Origin: Eledone cirrhosa
Lineage: Eukaryota
Length of the DNA: 64,000 bases
Assembly (NCBI GenBank): GCA_964016885.1
Contig: OZ024748.1
Span: 27,280,001 to 27,344,000 of the forward strand
Direction: 5' to 3'
This document shows, in pieces, positions 1 through 12,706 of the stretch; position 1 is the stretch's first letter, and each line of letters opens with the position of its first letter. Both the position numbers and the translations under genes were made by a program. The notes under the pieces are model-generated. The model was not told the origin of the DNA, searched no databases, and saw only the letters and a list, made by a program, of their open reading frames with translations.

Positions 1-326
1 GTAGTTCATGAGTTTAATAGAAGAGTTCCACACATGGGGAGATTACTCATGATTTATATATGATACCTGTGTTTTATTTTTAAGGAAGATGTCTGTAGTG
101 TTAAATACATGTTTGGTAGGTTTAGTATTTTATATTCCTCTATGATACACAGATGGCATCTGTTGTAATTGCCATTGTATGGTTTAATGTTTTCAATGAT
201 ACTCCATTTTCCAGTGGTATTGTAAACTTTTCTGTCTTTATGATTCCATATATATTGTGACAGTGATATGGAGATACTTTTTAATCTCCTCCAGGGTGGA
301 ACTCTTCTCTCAAATTCATGAACCAT
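1..326 (-). mobile_element. Penelope-like element remnant (GIY-YIG C-terminal region) with short inverted terminal copy
   Basis: ORF 54..326 has SLSQYIWNHKD...WSIIENIKPYNGNYNRCHLCIIEEYKIL, resembling the PLE endonuclease tail. Bases 1-46 are an imperfect inverted copy of about 281-326. Confidence 0.6.
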
Positions 327-509
327 ATGACCAGAGATATTGTCCCAATGGCATCATGAAAGTTTTCATTCAAAATTGTCACCTGAATGAACATGAAGAA
401 AGTGAAACTGTGAGTAATGCTGGAGAGAAGTACCGGTTGTTACAATTAATAATTACACTCTACAATATGCATTGAGTAATTTTTCTCATGTTAGTGAAAT
501 ATATATATA

Positions 510-542
<33 letters not shown>

Positions 543-1544
543 AATCCCTGGATTTTATAAGAAGCGACTAACATGGTTGGCATTAGGATGGATTTTCAGT
601 CATTAAACACTGCTTCAAAAGGTACTACCCACCCCACCCAACACGAAGGAGCAGAAGTAAAACAACACTGATGATGATCATGTGGGTGTGTATGTGTTTT
701 CTCTCTCTATCTATTCATCTCTCTATCTATCTATATATATTCTTTCCTCTATAACACCTATTACCTTGGCATCTTTAATCTTCTATGCATTGTAGGGCTT
801 TTAAACTTATTTAAATTTATATGGCAGTGGGTATATCACTTGTTTAATACCAAATGCGATAAAGCTCAATGTATTAATCACTTATGGAAAAAATACAGAG
901 CATAATAATTTTAATCTAAATGAAAACCAGAGATAATTCTTCAAACCATTTTATTAACTTCTACATTCGTTTCAACTTCAATGCACGAGACACTGCATGG
1001 TTTGTAAATCAATTAATTAGATAATAATTTACAGATTAATTAATTAATCTATCAAATCAGTAAAGCGATGTCGAATAATATTAAATTATGGTACTACTTT
1101 CACTGCCACTTGTTGAGGTCTCATTTAAAAACTGCAAAATTTTACAAGCCTGGTAGCCTAAAATGCAATTTGTGTTTAAACTGAGTGCCTCTTAATAACT
1201 AAATCTAATCTAGAGTTATTGAATAGGAATTCTGAATTAGTCTCAACCTGCCCACATAGAAATTCCTATTCCTTTTACTAATATAAAGGTGATGTTACGT
1301 AATAAACAACTTCATATGAATGTAAAATTAAGCTATGAACCTTACATTATTATCACCCTCTTCTACCTATATCATTAATAAACAGCATACTTGTATATTA
1401 GATATCCGAACCATATAACATTAGTATTAAAATTAGGTCCACTTATGTTTTGTCTATAACTTTACGTTGGTCTTCACAGGAGGTTTTTACACTGTATAAT
1501 CTATATATAGATTATATATATTATATATTATATATCATCATCAT

Positions 1545-2680
1545 CATCATCATCGTTTAACGGCCATATTCCACGCTTGCATGGGTTTGGACGGGAGTTT
1601 TCCCACGTGAGGCAAGAGTGGTTGTCTTGCTCGCATAGGACTGTCTGGCGGGTTTTCTACGGCTGGATGCCCTTCCTAACACCAACCACATTTACAGTGT
1701 GGGGCTGGGAGGTTTTTACCGTGTTACCTACACGGCCACATTACAGCGTGGACTGTGTTTTTTTGTCGTGACACCTACACGACCTCATTTGTTTCAGCCT
1801 GGATGTTGTGGTACCAACATAACTTTACATTGAAAGGGGCGGTGTGGATGGGGTGGGGGTGTATTTTGTTAGAGGTGCCTACTGACTGTAGTAGGTTTTA
1901 CTTTGTATTTAGGTAAGGCGGGTCTTCTCTATTACTGAGTACCGCCAAAAATCTCGGTCCAGTGATATTGTCTTGGAGAGGTGTAAGTGTGTGAGATCGG
2001 AATTTATCAAGTCGTCCCAGGTTTTTCTGGGTCTGCCTACTCCGTGGCTACCGTCTATTTTTATTGCCCTGCACTTTTTTATACAGCTGTCGTCTTTCAT
2101 GTGCATCACGTGACCATACCAACGTAGCCTTCTCTCGAGTAAACAACATCTGATCCCTCTTATTTCTAATTTTTCCCTTATATATATATTCATCATCATT
2201 ATCAAATTCGTTTAACATCCATCTTCCACGCTAGCATGAGTTAGACGGTTTTGTTCCATTTGATGCGTGTCTCACTCGTACGGAAGTGCCTCTGGCAGGT
2301 TTTTTTTTCAGCTGGATGCCCTTCCTAACACCAACCACATTTACAATGTGGACTGGGAGCCTTTTTACCGAGTCTCCTACACAACCACCTTACAGTGTGG
2401 ACTGTTGTGTCATTGACACAGTGGACAGAACGGAAATATATATCATCATCATCATCATCATCAGCGTTTTTCGTCCGTTCTTCCATGCTAGCATGGGTTA
2501 GACGGGTTGTCCTGTTGTGTGCAGTAGCCGGTCGGCTGACCATGTCTTGCTCATACGGGAACTGATTCTGGCTTGATTTCTACAGCTGGATGCCCTTCCT
2601 AACACCAACCTCATTTACAGTGAGTGCTGAGTGCCTTTTTTTCCGTGGTGCCTACACGTCCACTTTACAGTGGTAGGGGG
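1545..2680 (-). mobile_element. Cluster of RTE-type LINE 3' ends with (CAT)n tails
   Basis: Three copies of ctggatgcccttcctaacaccaacc, each following (cat)n. ORF 1909..2205 RRLRWYGHVMH...GRPRKTWDD is an RTE C-terminus. Confidence 0.7.
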
Positions 2681-2851
2681 TGGGGGCATATTGTCTATAT
2701 GACCCCCCCCACACACACACACACACACCAAACCACCACCACCCACCACCCACCACACCATCACCGACCACCACACCACCACCACCACCCACAACACCAA
2801 AACCACCACCACCACCAATCAATCAGTTGTCATCTATATCCACAATTCCAG

Positions 2852-2992
2852 GTTGCCATACCAGATGTAGTAGAAGCTGCTTCTGATGCTGATATTCTGA
2901 TATTTGTCATCCCACATCAGTTTGTTAGAAAACTATGTTTGGAACTAAAGGGAAACATAAGAAACAATGCCATTGCTGTCTCCTTAATCAAG
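2852..2992 (+). CDS. GPD1: Glycerol-3-phosphate dehydrogenase [NAD+], internal exon ([24 protein letters not shown]...SLIK)
   Basis: 141-bp exon with ttccag/gtcaga flanks. The peptide matches the GPD1 N-terminal domain. Confidence 0.95.
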
Positions 2993-3389
2993 GTCAGATT
3001 TATTTACTTTTATTATCTTTATCTTTTTATCATTTTTTTAATTATCTTTTATTAACTTTTATTCCTTTGTCAAATTGCACCAAGGAAACATTGTTTTTTT
3101 TGTTCGATTTGATGAGTTCTACCCAACTTTGGAAGCGAATGAAGTCTGGGATCTTATTAACCCTTTACTCTATATTTACTATTGTATTTTCGTGTTAAAG
3201 GCTTTACCTCACATAATATTGAATCTATGCGATTTTGATATTATATATTTTGAGAATAATACCTTAACATCAGTATGAACGGCTAGTTACAGCCAGTTTG
3301 AACAGAAAGAGGTGAGAGAATTCTGGCTGGATATGGCCAGTTTAAATGCTAAAGGGTTAATCAAACTCTATGCTATCTTTATTTTTTTT

Positions 3390-3650
3390 CTATTAGGTAG
3401 TAGTGGTCGTAAGGTTATAAGTTTGATTCCTGGTCCAAGCTGCGTGCTGTGTCCTTGAGCAAGACACTTTATTTTATGTTGCTTCAGTCTACTCATCTGA
3501 CAAAAAATGAGTTGTACCTGTAATTTCAAGGGTCCAGCCTTGCCACGCATTGTACTGAATCTCCCTGAGATCTGCATTATGGGTGCTTGTGTCTGTGCAA
3601 TGCTCAGCCACTTACAATACATTATTTTTACTAACAGGCTGTTTTGTTGA
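3390..3650 (+). mobile_element. tRNA-derived SINE (family 2)
   Basis: gtgtccttgagcaagacactttatt core, shared in reverse orientation with 16860-17070 and 57235-57530. Confidence 0.55.
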
Positions 3651-4404
3651 TTTAATCAGTAACAGAAAATATAAGGTAGAGCAAATATGAAAGTTAATAA
3701 TATGAAACATGAGGAGATAGCAAGTGGTCTTGTTGTGGGAACCATCAGATGGATACTCAAACAGGAGTAGAAGGAAAAGAAATTACATTGATAACCTGCT
3801 GGAAGATACCGAAGGGGATAGTGTAGGATAACTTAGAACACTGATGAAGGATAGAGAGCTTTGGAGGGCCTGTGTAAAGACATCTGGGTGACCTGGCAGA
3901 TGGCATAGATATAGATAGATAGTTTCCACTAGTGTAGGAGAGCTGAGAGCATTAATGAGGGACAGAGAGCTTTGGAGGGTTTGTGTAAAGACAGGTGGGA
4001 CCTAGATGTTGCCATAGTTAGATAAACTAGCAGAAAAACCACCCTTTGGGTGGTTTTATGCTAGCATGTGTAGTGTGTATATTGATATTATATGCAAGTA
4101 TATATACATGTAGATATGATACATCAAATAAAATCGTAATTGACAATATATAATACATAGAAATTGAACGAAGACTGTCTTCTGTAATCAGTAACATAAT
4201 CCATGATACATTAAAAAAGACGATATTATATATAAACTGCATTAGGAGAAAATTAGTATGTTAATTTAAACGATGGCCAACCGGAAGTGTTGACATTTCA
4301 GAAATTTTAAAGAAGTGAATCTTTAAACAAACAAAATATATTTAATCAATAGCCACAAAATTTAGTACATAAATTATGTAATATTCATTCATTATTTATT
4401 CAAG

Positions 4405-4590
4405 GGCGGTGGATTGGCAGTATCGGTAGAGAATCGGACGCCATACTTTCCAGCATAGTTACGTCCCTTTATGGTCTGAGTTCAAATCCCGCCGAGGTTT
4501 ACTTTGCCTTTCATCCTTACGGGGTCGATAAAATAAAGTATCAGTAATGCACTGGATAATTGCTGGCCTTGTGCCTAAAGTAGAAACAAT
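4405..4590 (+). mobile_element. tRNA-derived SINE (family 1; many copies in window)
   Basis: A-box-like tggcagtatcggtag, B-box gagttcaaatccc, and conserved core gcctttcatccttacggggtcgataaaataaagtaccagt. Other copies lie near 6700, 7130, 13580, 15265, 15880, 16340, 34800, 36800, 37020, 43160, 48905, 49347, 56005, 60530 and 62450. Confidence 0.8.
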
Positions 4591-4849
4591 TATTTATTCA
4601 AAGTAATCCAACTTATTTTACTAATGGGATAAAAAATTATAAAACGGACACAGTCCTGCGCTCTTTACTTTCAGTCCTGCGCTCTTTACTTTATTATAGT
4701 TTAGATACCACATTATGTAACACACTGTAACAACAGAATTAAACAGTGTATTACATAACAATACATCAAACTAGGTCAATAGTTATTTCACACTTAAAAT
4801 TGAATTTTTATAATTTTGACCAGGTCAATTGGAGCAGACCTAGAGTAAA

Positions 4850-5108
4850 ACAGCTACTACTACAACTACTACTACTACTATAACAACTACTATTATCATA
4901 ACAACAATAGCTAAACTATTACAACTACTACAACAAAAAGAACTACTATGATAACTACTAGCACAACCAGTACAACAAAAACAACTACAATAACTATAGC
5001 ACTGCAATTACTACAACAAGTACTACTACAGCTGCAACATCTACTACAACTACTACTACAACAAAAGCATCTACACTTACTACTACTATAACAACAAGAG
5101 TAACAACA
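4850..5108 (+). repeat. Degenerate (ACT/ACA)n microsatellite
   Basis: Direct reading. Confidence 0.8.
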
Positions 5109-5129
5109 TATACATGTGTATATTTTCAG

Positions 5130-5271
5130 GGTTTTGAAGTGAAGCCAGAAGGTGGAATTAGATTAATTTCTGAAGTAATCTCCTCTGTTCTAAATATCCC
5201 CTGTGCTGTGTTGATGGGGGCAAATATTGCTAATGAAGTGGCTGAGGAGCATTACTGCGAGTCTACCATTG
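5130..5271 (+). CDS. GPD1: GPD1 exon ([17 protein letters not shown]...[21 protein letters not shown])
   Basis: tttcag/gtaggt flanks; conserved LMGANIAxEVA motif; phase 0 to 1. Confidence 0.95.
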
Positions 5272-5985
5272 GTAGGTAATGGTTAGCGTGGTGGGGATGT
5301 GGCTGTAGTGGTGATGGTGATGGTTAGAGTGGTGGTGCTGCTGCTGCTGTTGGTAGTGTTTATTGTATTGTTAGTGTTGGTGGTATAGATGGTATTATTA
5401 ATACTGGTGTTGGTGGTATTGTTAATATAAGTGGTGGTATTGATGTCACATGTCACATGGCCAACATTACATATTGTGAAGGTATGTCAGCTCATGGTTA
5501 TGATGAGTAAGAAGCTGACTGGTATAGCTGCATGGCTAGACTCTGCTTAATGACATTAAAATACTTGCGGTATCGTGTGTCTAGGACAGTGGTTTTCAAA
5601 CCTTTTAAAGATGGTTACACACTTTTGTTTTACTGGAATAAGACAACATGCTATAAATATACTTTATTTCAAGTAAACATCAATAGATCAGTTGAATACA
5701 TCATATATGTGGGTGGAGTAGATGTGTTACAGAGCAGACCTGTGGGATAGTGAACATGCAAGAGTAAAAATGGGAAGGAGGTAAACGTGATGGAGTGGAC
5801 ATGTGTGAGTGAACATGTGGGGAAGTGAACATGCAGGGAGAGTATAATCATGTAGAAGCAAACAAAGTTTTTTACATAAAATTATGATGGAATGTTTTTA
5901 GATAAATATAAACACTTTAAAACAAATAGCAGTGTTTTCTTGAACCAGAGGCAGTTTCAGGCATATTCTTGGTGTATGTGTTTGT

Positions 5986-6237
5986 GTTATAGCTTGTTAT
6001 AACTGGGATTATAATAATTTCTAAATGTGTGTGTGTTATAGCTTGTTATAACTGGGATTATAATAATTTCTAAATGTGTGTGTGTTATAGCTTGTTATAA
6101 CTGGGATTATAATAATTTCTAAATGTGTGTGTGTTATAGCTTGTTATAACTAGGATTATAATAATTTCTAAATGTGTGTGTGTGTTATAGCTTGTTATAA
6201 CTGGGATTATAATAATTTCTAAATGTGTGTGTTACAG
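5986..6237 (+). repeat. Five 47-51 bp tandem copies of the intron 3' end
   Basis: Unit gttatagcttgttataactgggattataataatttctaaatgtgtgtgt starts at 5986, 6035, 6084, 6133 and 6184. Confidence 0.95.
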
Positions 6238-6350
6238 GTTGTACTGACCAGAAGATGAGTCTACTTCTGAAGGAGTGTTTCCAAACTGACTATTTCCGGA
6301 TTGTCTGTGTCTCAGATTGTGAAACTGTTGAAATATGCGGAGCCCTTAAA
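6238..6350 (+). CDS. GPD1: GPD1 exon (CTDQKMSLLLKECFQTDYFRIV...VEICGALK)
   Basis: 113 bp, tacag/gtgagt flanks; contains the catalytic Lys motif VEICGALK. Confidence 0.95.
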
Positions 6351-7311
6351 GTGAGTATATTTGTTCTTTATTTTCTGATGTTCTTGTTGAAATAAAATAA
6401 CACAATGAAATTTATAGTTCACATTGATGTAGGTTTAGCTGGCCTCTTATGAGGTTGTATTTCATAGGATATTTTTTAGGTGTTTCAATGATAAGGACCC
6501 GAATCCTGTCATGTTGTTACTGCTCACACCTATGTGGGTTTAGCTGGCCTCATACGAGGTTGTATTTCATTGGAGATTTCTTGGGTGTTTTAATTGTAGG
6601 GCTGCCATTCCTATCATCTTCATGTTGTTGTTATCACTCACACCTATGTAGGTTTAGCTGGCTTTCTATGAAGTTGTATCTCATAGACAGCCACATGTTC
6701 TGAGTTCAAATCCCTCAGAGGTCAACTTTGCCTTTCATCCTTCTAGGTTCGATAAAATAAAGTGCTAGTCAAATCCTGGGTATTCATATAATTGTCTATC
6801 ATCTGCCTTCAAATTTCTGGCCTTGTGCTTACATTTGAAAAAGTTATCATAAGAGCTGCAGACACAGTGTCTTGCAGTATTTGTTTTTCTTCTTCTTTGC
6901 TGACTTATTCCTAGGAGAGTCATGGTGACAGAATCCTCAGACATGCCTTCCAGAGGGTCCTTTCAGAAGCAACTGTCTCTAAATGATCTGGCTGGATTCC
7001 CAAATTAAACCAACTAAAATCTTAAATGTTATCCAACCATCAAGTAATAGATCTATCTGAAGTGACGCCCTGATCTCTGAGCTACACACTTTATTGAGTA
7101 ACATTACTCTGAGAAAAACCCTTTCATGTTATGAGTTCAAATCCCACCTAGGACATTTTATTTTTCATTTTTCCAGAGTTGATAAAATAACATACAAATG
7201 AAATACTGCTGAGGTCAATATATTTGACTAACCATGACCCCACTAAATTTCTGGCCCTGTTCCTGTATTAGAAATTATCGTTCTGAACTGGTTTCCATTT
7301 CCTAATTTCAG

Positions 7312-7432
7312 AACATAGTTGCTGTTGGTGCCGGAATTGCTGATGGTCTTGGTTATGGAGACAACACAAAGGCAGCTGTGATTCGTTTAGGTCTCATGGA
7401 GATGATACAGTTTGCAAAGGTCTTCTATGAAG
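7312..7432 (+). CDS. GPD1: GPD1 exon ([31 protein letters not shown]...)
   Basis: tttcag/gtaact flanks; [16 protein letters not shown] signature. Confidence 0.97.
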
Positions 7433-7519
7433 GTAACTATAGCAACATATTAATGATTTTGTTTCTTTTATTATTTATTTATTACAAATATGTGTTTTAT
7501 ACTTGGCAGTTGTGATACC

Positions 7520-7830
7520 ACTTCCAATCAGTCGACTGGAATTTGCAGATGATGTGGTGTCACTTAACTCGACAGAAGGTGGGCTCCAACTTGCACAGGT
7601 TTGATGCTGAGTGCTGCATGGCTGAATGAAAATCAGTGCTGCAAAATCTAAGACATTCGTTCTCTCATGGAAGCCTGCACATTGCACTCTACATGTGAAT
7701 GGAGTTCTACTGAAGCAGGTAGAAAAATTCAAGTAGTTCAGGGCCCAATTCACGAGTGATGGAAGGCAGGAGGCTGAATTAAGTGCAAGAACTGAAGGAG
7801 CTGGTGTAGTCATGCGCCAGCTTCAGCATT
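7520..7830 (+). mobile_element. RTE-type reverse transcriptase fragment
   Basis: Degenerate LEFADDVV...KISAAKSK...VEKFK with stops. Confidence 0.55.
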
Positions 7831-8163
7831 CAGTAATAAAAAAAAAAATAAAAATAAAAAATGATCGGGGTCAGATATTTTTACCGATGTACAACCATTA
7901 CTAAATAGTTCTATGAACATAAATAATTTATTTATGTTCTATGAACATAAATAAATAATATGGTATTTCTGCTCTCTTCCCAATTGAGCACTGTTTTCTT
8001 TTTTCCTTTTAACATTTATGGATATTGTTACATATCGTCATCATCATTTTACGTCCGCTTTACATATATATATATATGTATGGCAAAGTTATAACAGTAT
8101 AAATACGGTGTGTGTGACCTAGATTGCACCAATGTGTATATACTTCTATGTCCCCCCTCCCCC

Positions 8164-8406
8164 CTATTGGGTTAATAGCCCTTGCAATTGCTCATCATTT
8201 TTTGCAAATAGCTTCAGGTCATCAATGTAGAACAAGTGATTAAGGGCTTTGTCATAGACTTTATATCCATGTTTTGTTTCATTGAGCATTTTACTTAATG
8301 GTATAAGTGCGATGCAGAATAAAAGCGATGATAAAGATTCACCCTGAAAAATTCCACAATTAATATCAACTTCCCCAGCTTCTAGTGATTTTTTTTCACT
8401 GTTCAA
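8164..8406 (-). mobile_element. R4/Dong-like non-LTR RT fragment
   Basis: GIFQGESLSSLLFCIAL...NHLFYIDDLKLFAK. Confidence 0.75.
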
Positions 8407-8995
8407 AATGAGTGTTGTTTTCTATGTTTTCATACTGAATGACAGGAATCTCCTGACAATGGAAAATATTTTGAAAATTTACTATTATTATTATTATATA
8501 TATATATATGTATAATAAAATATATATGTATAATAAATATATAAATATATGTATAATAAAATATATATTTTGATTATGAGAATATTTTTCATTTATTAAC
8601 ATTTTGAATAATATTAAACACTCCAGGAAAATCTTCCGTTGAGTGCTTCTAATTTATTGTAATATTGTATTCATTGAGTAATCAACGAAACATATTAATC
8701 TTTGGTTATATATGTATATCACAGAAAATTATTTGTTACTAATGAACATTTCAATGACAAGATAACTAAAACTATTTAAATCAGAGAAGCATATAAATAT
8801 AGAATAACTTACGCAAAGTCTTCAAAGAGTGAACTTCTCTTGCATTAGTTGGCTTTATTAACACTCTACCTGTTGGAGACTTTGCATAAGTTATTCAATA
8901 TATATATATATATAAGTGTATATATATATATATGTGTGTGTATATACTATATCAAAATTACCAAACCTCTAAACCACTATTTCATTTGTCTGCAG

Positions 8996-9105
8996 GTTCT
9001 ATGATGTCAACATTCTTAGAGAGCTGTGGTGTGGCTGATTTGATTACTACATGTTACGGTGGCCGGAATCGCAGAGTAGCAGAAGCTTTTGCCAAGACAG
9101 GAAAG
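8996..9105 (+). CDS. GPD1: GPD1 exon ([36 protein letters not shown])
   Basis: tgcag/gtaact flanks; [17 protein letters not shown] signature. Confidence 0.97.
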
Positions 9106-9715
9106 GTAACTGTTTCTATCTTTATGTTATTGTTGTTGTTATCTACCCTAGTTTAGTTCTTTTACCTCCATTTTTTTTTAGTATACAGAAGTGGGATGTC
9201 TTTTCTTTTTTTAGTGTCTAGTCAGGGACAGAAAGTTAGTACACATGACTCTTTTCAGGGCCTCCATGACTAAAGGAAGGGAGGGTGAGATATATCTTCA
9301 GACTGGAAACTTGGCTTGAATGTTTGCAACAAAGATGTCATTGCTAAAGGTACCCATGAGTGATGTGGTGGTGTTAAACTGGGTGATGGATTAAATCCAC
9401 TCACTATGTACCAGGTGGTAGTGTTATACCAGGTGATTGGTTTTAAACCAGGTGACTGATTAAGTCTACTCTTCAGGTAGGTCATGGCAAGATTTGAACT
9501 CAGAACACAAAGAGCCATCTAAGGCTTCTGGTAAAATCGCTGACAGTTCCTCTAACCCATTGCATTGGACTGCTACTTTATTCACTTACACATTCACCTA
9601 CTCACATACATATGTTCTCTTTTTCTCTCTTTCCCTCTCTCTATCTCATCTCAGTATTTCTCTACTAACCTCTTCCAATGTTTTCCTCTCTCTTTCCACT
9701 CTTCTCTATCAACAG

Positions 9716-9822
9716 TCAATAGAACAGCTGGAACAGGAGATGTTGAATGGTCAGAAACTGCAGGGTCCACCCACAGCAGCTGAAGTTAACATCATGTTGA
9801 AGGCAAAGAATATGGAAGGAAG
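9716..9822 (+). CDS. GPD1: GPD1 exon ([18 protein letters not shown]...)
   Basis: 107 bp, long pyrimidine tract then aacag/gtaaga; LNGQKLQG motif. Confidence 0.97.
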
Positions 9823-10279
9823 GTAAGAATTTATGTTACCATGGAGGCATGACATATTTTACCATGGAAACATGACATAGTGACTCTGAAAATAAATGAG
9901 GTGAGAGACTGAGCCTATAGTGTTAGTGATCGAACACAGGCAATGTAGGGTTGAAAAGACCCTTCAGTCTGGTTGATTATATGAAAACCTTCCTAGTGTA
10001 TAAAATGCTCCCAGTACACTCTATAATGGTGGTGCTGTGATAAAACACATCCAGTACACTCTGTAAAGTGGTAGTGTTGACATCACAATAAGATGCACCC
10101 AGTACATTCTGTAAAGTGTTGGTACCACAATAGAATGCAACTAGTACACTCTATAAAGTAGTAGTGCTGGTGTAATGAAAATCATAGGCAATATCTTAAG
10201 AATATGGAAATAAAAGGGTTAAAGTGTATATATTTTTCTAAAAACCTTCCATTATAATTTTATGTAAGAATCTTTAATT

Positions 10280-10530
10280 TACATTCCAAACATAATCTTC
10301 GGAAACATTTTTTCACGCTCAGAGTTGCTGAAGCATGGAACAAACTACCTGCATCAGTTGTTAGCTGTCGAGACACTGCATCCTTTAAGGCCTCCATGCT
10401 TCCCGAGATCCGCCAACACTACAGCTAACACATACACACATGTACTTCCCTGACATTTGTGTATTATTCTATGTACTATATTGACGAGTTGTAGTGCACC
10501 TGCGCACTTTACATAATAATTTCATTATTA
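10280..10530 (+). mobile_element. CR1/L2-like LINE 3' fragment
   Basis: Translates HNLRKHFFTLRVAEAWNKLPASVV and ends in (att)n. Confidence 0.65.
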
Positions 10531-10544
10531 TTATTTTATTATCA

Positions 10545-12260
10545 TCATCATCGTTTAACGTCCATTTTCCACACTAGCATGGGTTAGACAGGTTATCCCA
10601 TTTGAGGTAAGTTGGGTCAGGTGACCATATCTTGCTCATATAGGACTGTTTCTGGCTAGGCTTCTATGGCTAGATGCTCTTCCTAATGTCAACCACATTT
10701 ACAGTGTGTGCTGGGTGCTTTTTATCGTGACACCTACATGACCACTTTACAGTGTAGGCTGGATATGTTTTGTTCACAGTGTAAGGGTGGTGTGGACAGG
10801 AGTGGGTAGGTGGGAGTATAGTGGTTAAGAGGTACCTATTAGGTATATGTTTAAGTATGTGCATATGGGAAGGCGTGTCTTCTATATTACTGCGTAATGC
10901 CAAAAATCTCGATCCTGTGTCTTGGAGAGGTTCAGTTGCGCAAGGTCAGCTTTTATCATCTCGTCCCAGGTTTTCCTGGGTCTTCCTACTTCACGGCTTC
11001 CATCAATTTTGGTCACCCTACACCTTTTTATACAGCTGTCGTCCTTCATGTGCAGCACATGACCATATCAGCGCAATCTCCTCGTCAGCAAACTGCATCT
11101 GGTTCCTCTTATGCCTAATTTCTCTCTCAGTTCATTTACACTTTGTCGTTCATGTATATTACTATTACACATCCATTGGAGCATGCATGCTTCATTTCTT
11201 TCCAGTCTTCGCATGTCCTCTGCACACGGTACCCAGTTCTCACTACCATGCAACATTGCTGTTCGTGTGCATGCATCATACAATCTACTCTTCATTTTAA
11301 GGGAAAAACCTTTTGTAGCTAGTAGCGGTAGTAGCTCTCTCAACTTTGTCCATCCTTTTCTTACTCTGGCTACTGTACTTTCAGAGCACCCTCCTCTACT
11401 GCTGATTTCATCACCAAGGTAACAGAAAGAGTCGACTATTTCTATAGAACCATTTGGGTATTTGAAGGAGCAAGTGTCCTGTGAGAACTTGCCACTTACT
11501 GTACCTGGGCATCAGCTGCATATAAAACTTATGTTCTTTGATAGCCTTCCTGTGATCCCACTACATCTTTTATGTACCCATAGCTTGCATTTGGGACATA
11601 TAATGGAATTTCTACCTACTCCTTTCCTGCACACTGAGCAAGGCCATTTCCCAGAGGGGATGTTTTCCTTTCTACATGTTAAGACTTTAGTCGTTGACAA
11701 GTTAACTTTAAGCCCTTTTGATTCTAGGCCATACTTCCAGGTTTGGAATTTCTTCTCTAATTCGGCCATAGATTCAGCTACGAGAATTAGATCGTCTGCA
11801 TATAGAAGTTCCCAGGGGCAGCAAGTCTTAAACTTTTCTGTTATAGCTTGTAAGGCAATAATAAACAGGAGAGAACACCTACCTGTATGCTAAATTCTTC
11901 ACTATAGTCATGTTATTTCTAACCTTGCTGACTGTTCCTCTATAGATGGCTTGTACAGCTTTCACAAGCCACTCATCTACTCCTAGTTTTCTAAGAGCCC
12001 ACCAAATAATGGAACGAGGGACTCTGTCAAAGGCTTTCTCCAAGTCAACAAAGGCTATGTAGAGGGGTTTACTTTTAGCTAGGTACTTCTCCTGCAGTTG
12101 CCTCACGAGGAAGATGGCATCCATTGTACAAATCCAAACTGCATTTCGTCAAGGTTATTTCGGTCTCTGATCAGCTGTGCAATGACTCTTTTGGTGACCT
12201 TCATGACCTGGTCAACCAACTTACTGCCTCTATAGTTTTCTCTGTCTTGAGCATCTCTTT
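10545..12260 (-). mobile_element. 5'-truncated, frameshifted RTE-type LINE in the last GPD1 intron
   Basis: AFVDLEKAFDRVP, CPWELLYADDL, Cys-rich CSVC...CPKC...HKRC insert, RRLR...GRPRKT tail, and the same 3' end as 1545-2680. Confidence 0.85.
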
Positions 12261-12432
12261 TTCCCTTGTAGTAATTGACGATGATGCTGCTACACCAGTC
12301 ATTGGGTATGACCCCATTTTGTATTATTTGGTTTACTACACTGGGGTTGATTTAGTTGATTTTCAAATTTGCAGGCTTTTTTTCCATTACTCTCACTCAT
12401 TCACTAACTAACATAATTCTTTCTTTTGCTAG

Positions 12433-12529
12433 ATTCCCACTGTTCACAACAATCCATCGGATGTGTAAAGGTGAAATTGCTGTTGACAAGTTCATCAGCT
12501 GCCTTAAAAACCACCCCGAACATGTCTAG
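12433..12529 (+). CDS. GPD1: GPD1 terminal coding exon (FPLFTTIHRMCKGEIAVDKFISCLKNHPEHV*)
   Basis: tttgctag acceptor; phase 2 matches the previous exon; FPLF...NHPEH C-terminus; TAG at 12527-12529. Confidence 0.95.
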
Positions 12530-12700
12530 AAGGGAAATAACCACCACCACCACAAACAACAAACCAACAAACACTCTCTTGGACAAACAAGGTGAAAATA
12601 CATAAAAATAACTTTAAAAAAACAACAATAATAATAATAATACTGCATTTTTAACAAATGTTATCTTTTCTGTTTATTTGGAAAACTTTTACCGAAGTGA

Positions 12701-12706
12701 AATAAA
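12701..12706 (+). terminator. Candidate polyadenylation signal of GPD1
   Basis: AATAAA about 170 bp after the stop codon; not unique in this AT-rich context. Confidence 0.35.

Noticed and set aside
1-2851. GPD1 exons 1-2 (GSGNWG motif)
   Set aside because: Not found by eye; they presumably lie upstream of the window.
4405-4500. tRNA gene
   Set aside because: A/B boxes belong to a multicopy SINE head; no cloverleaf.
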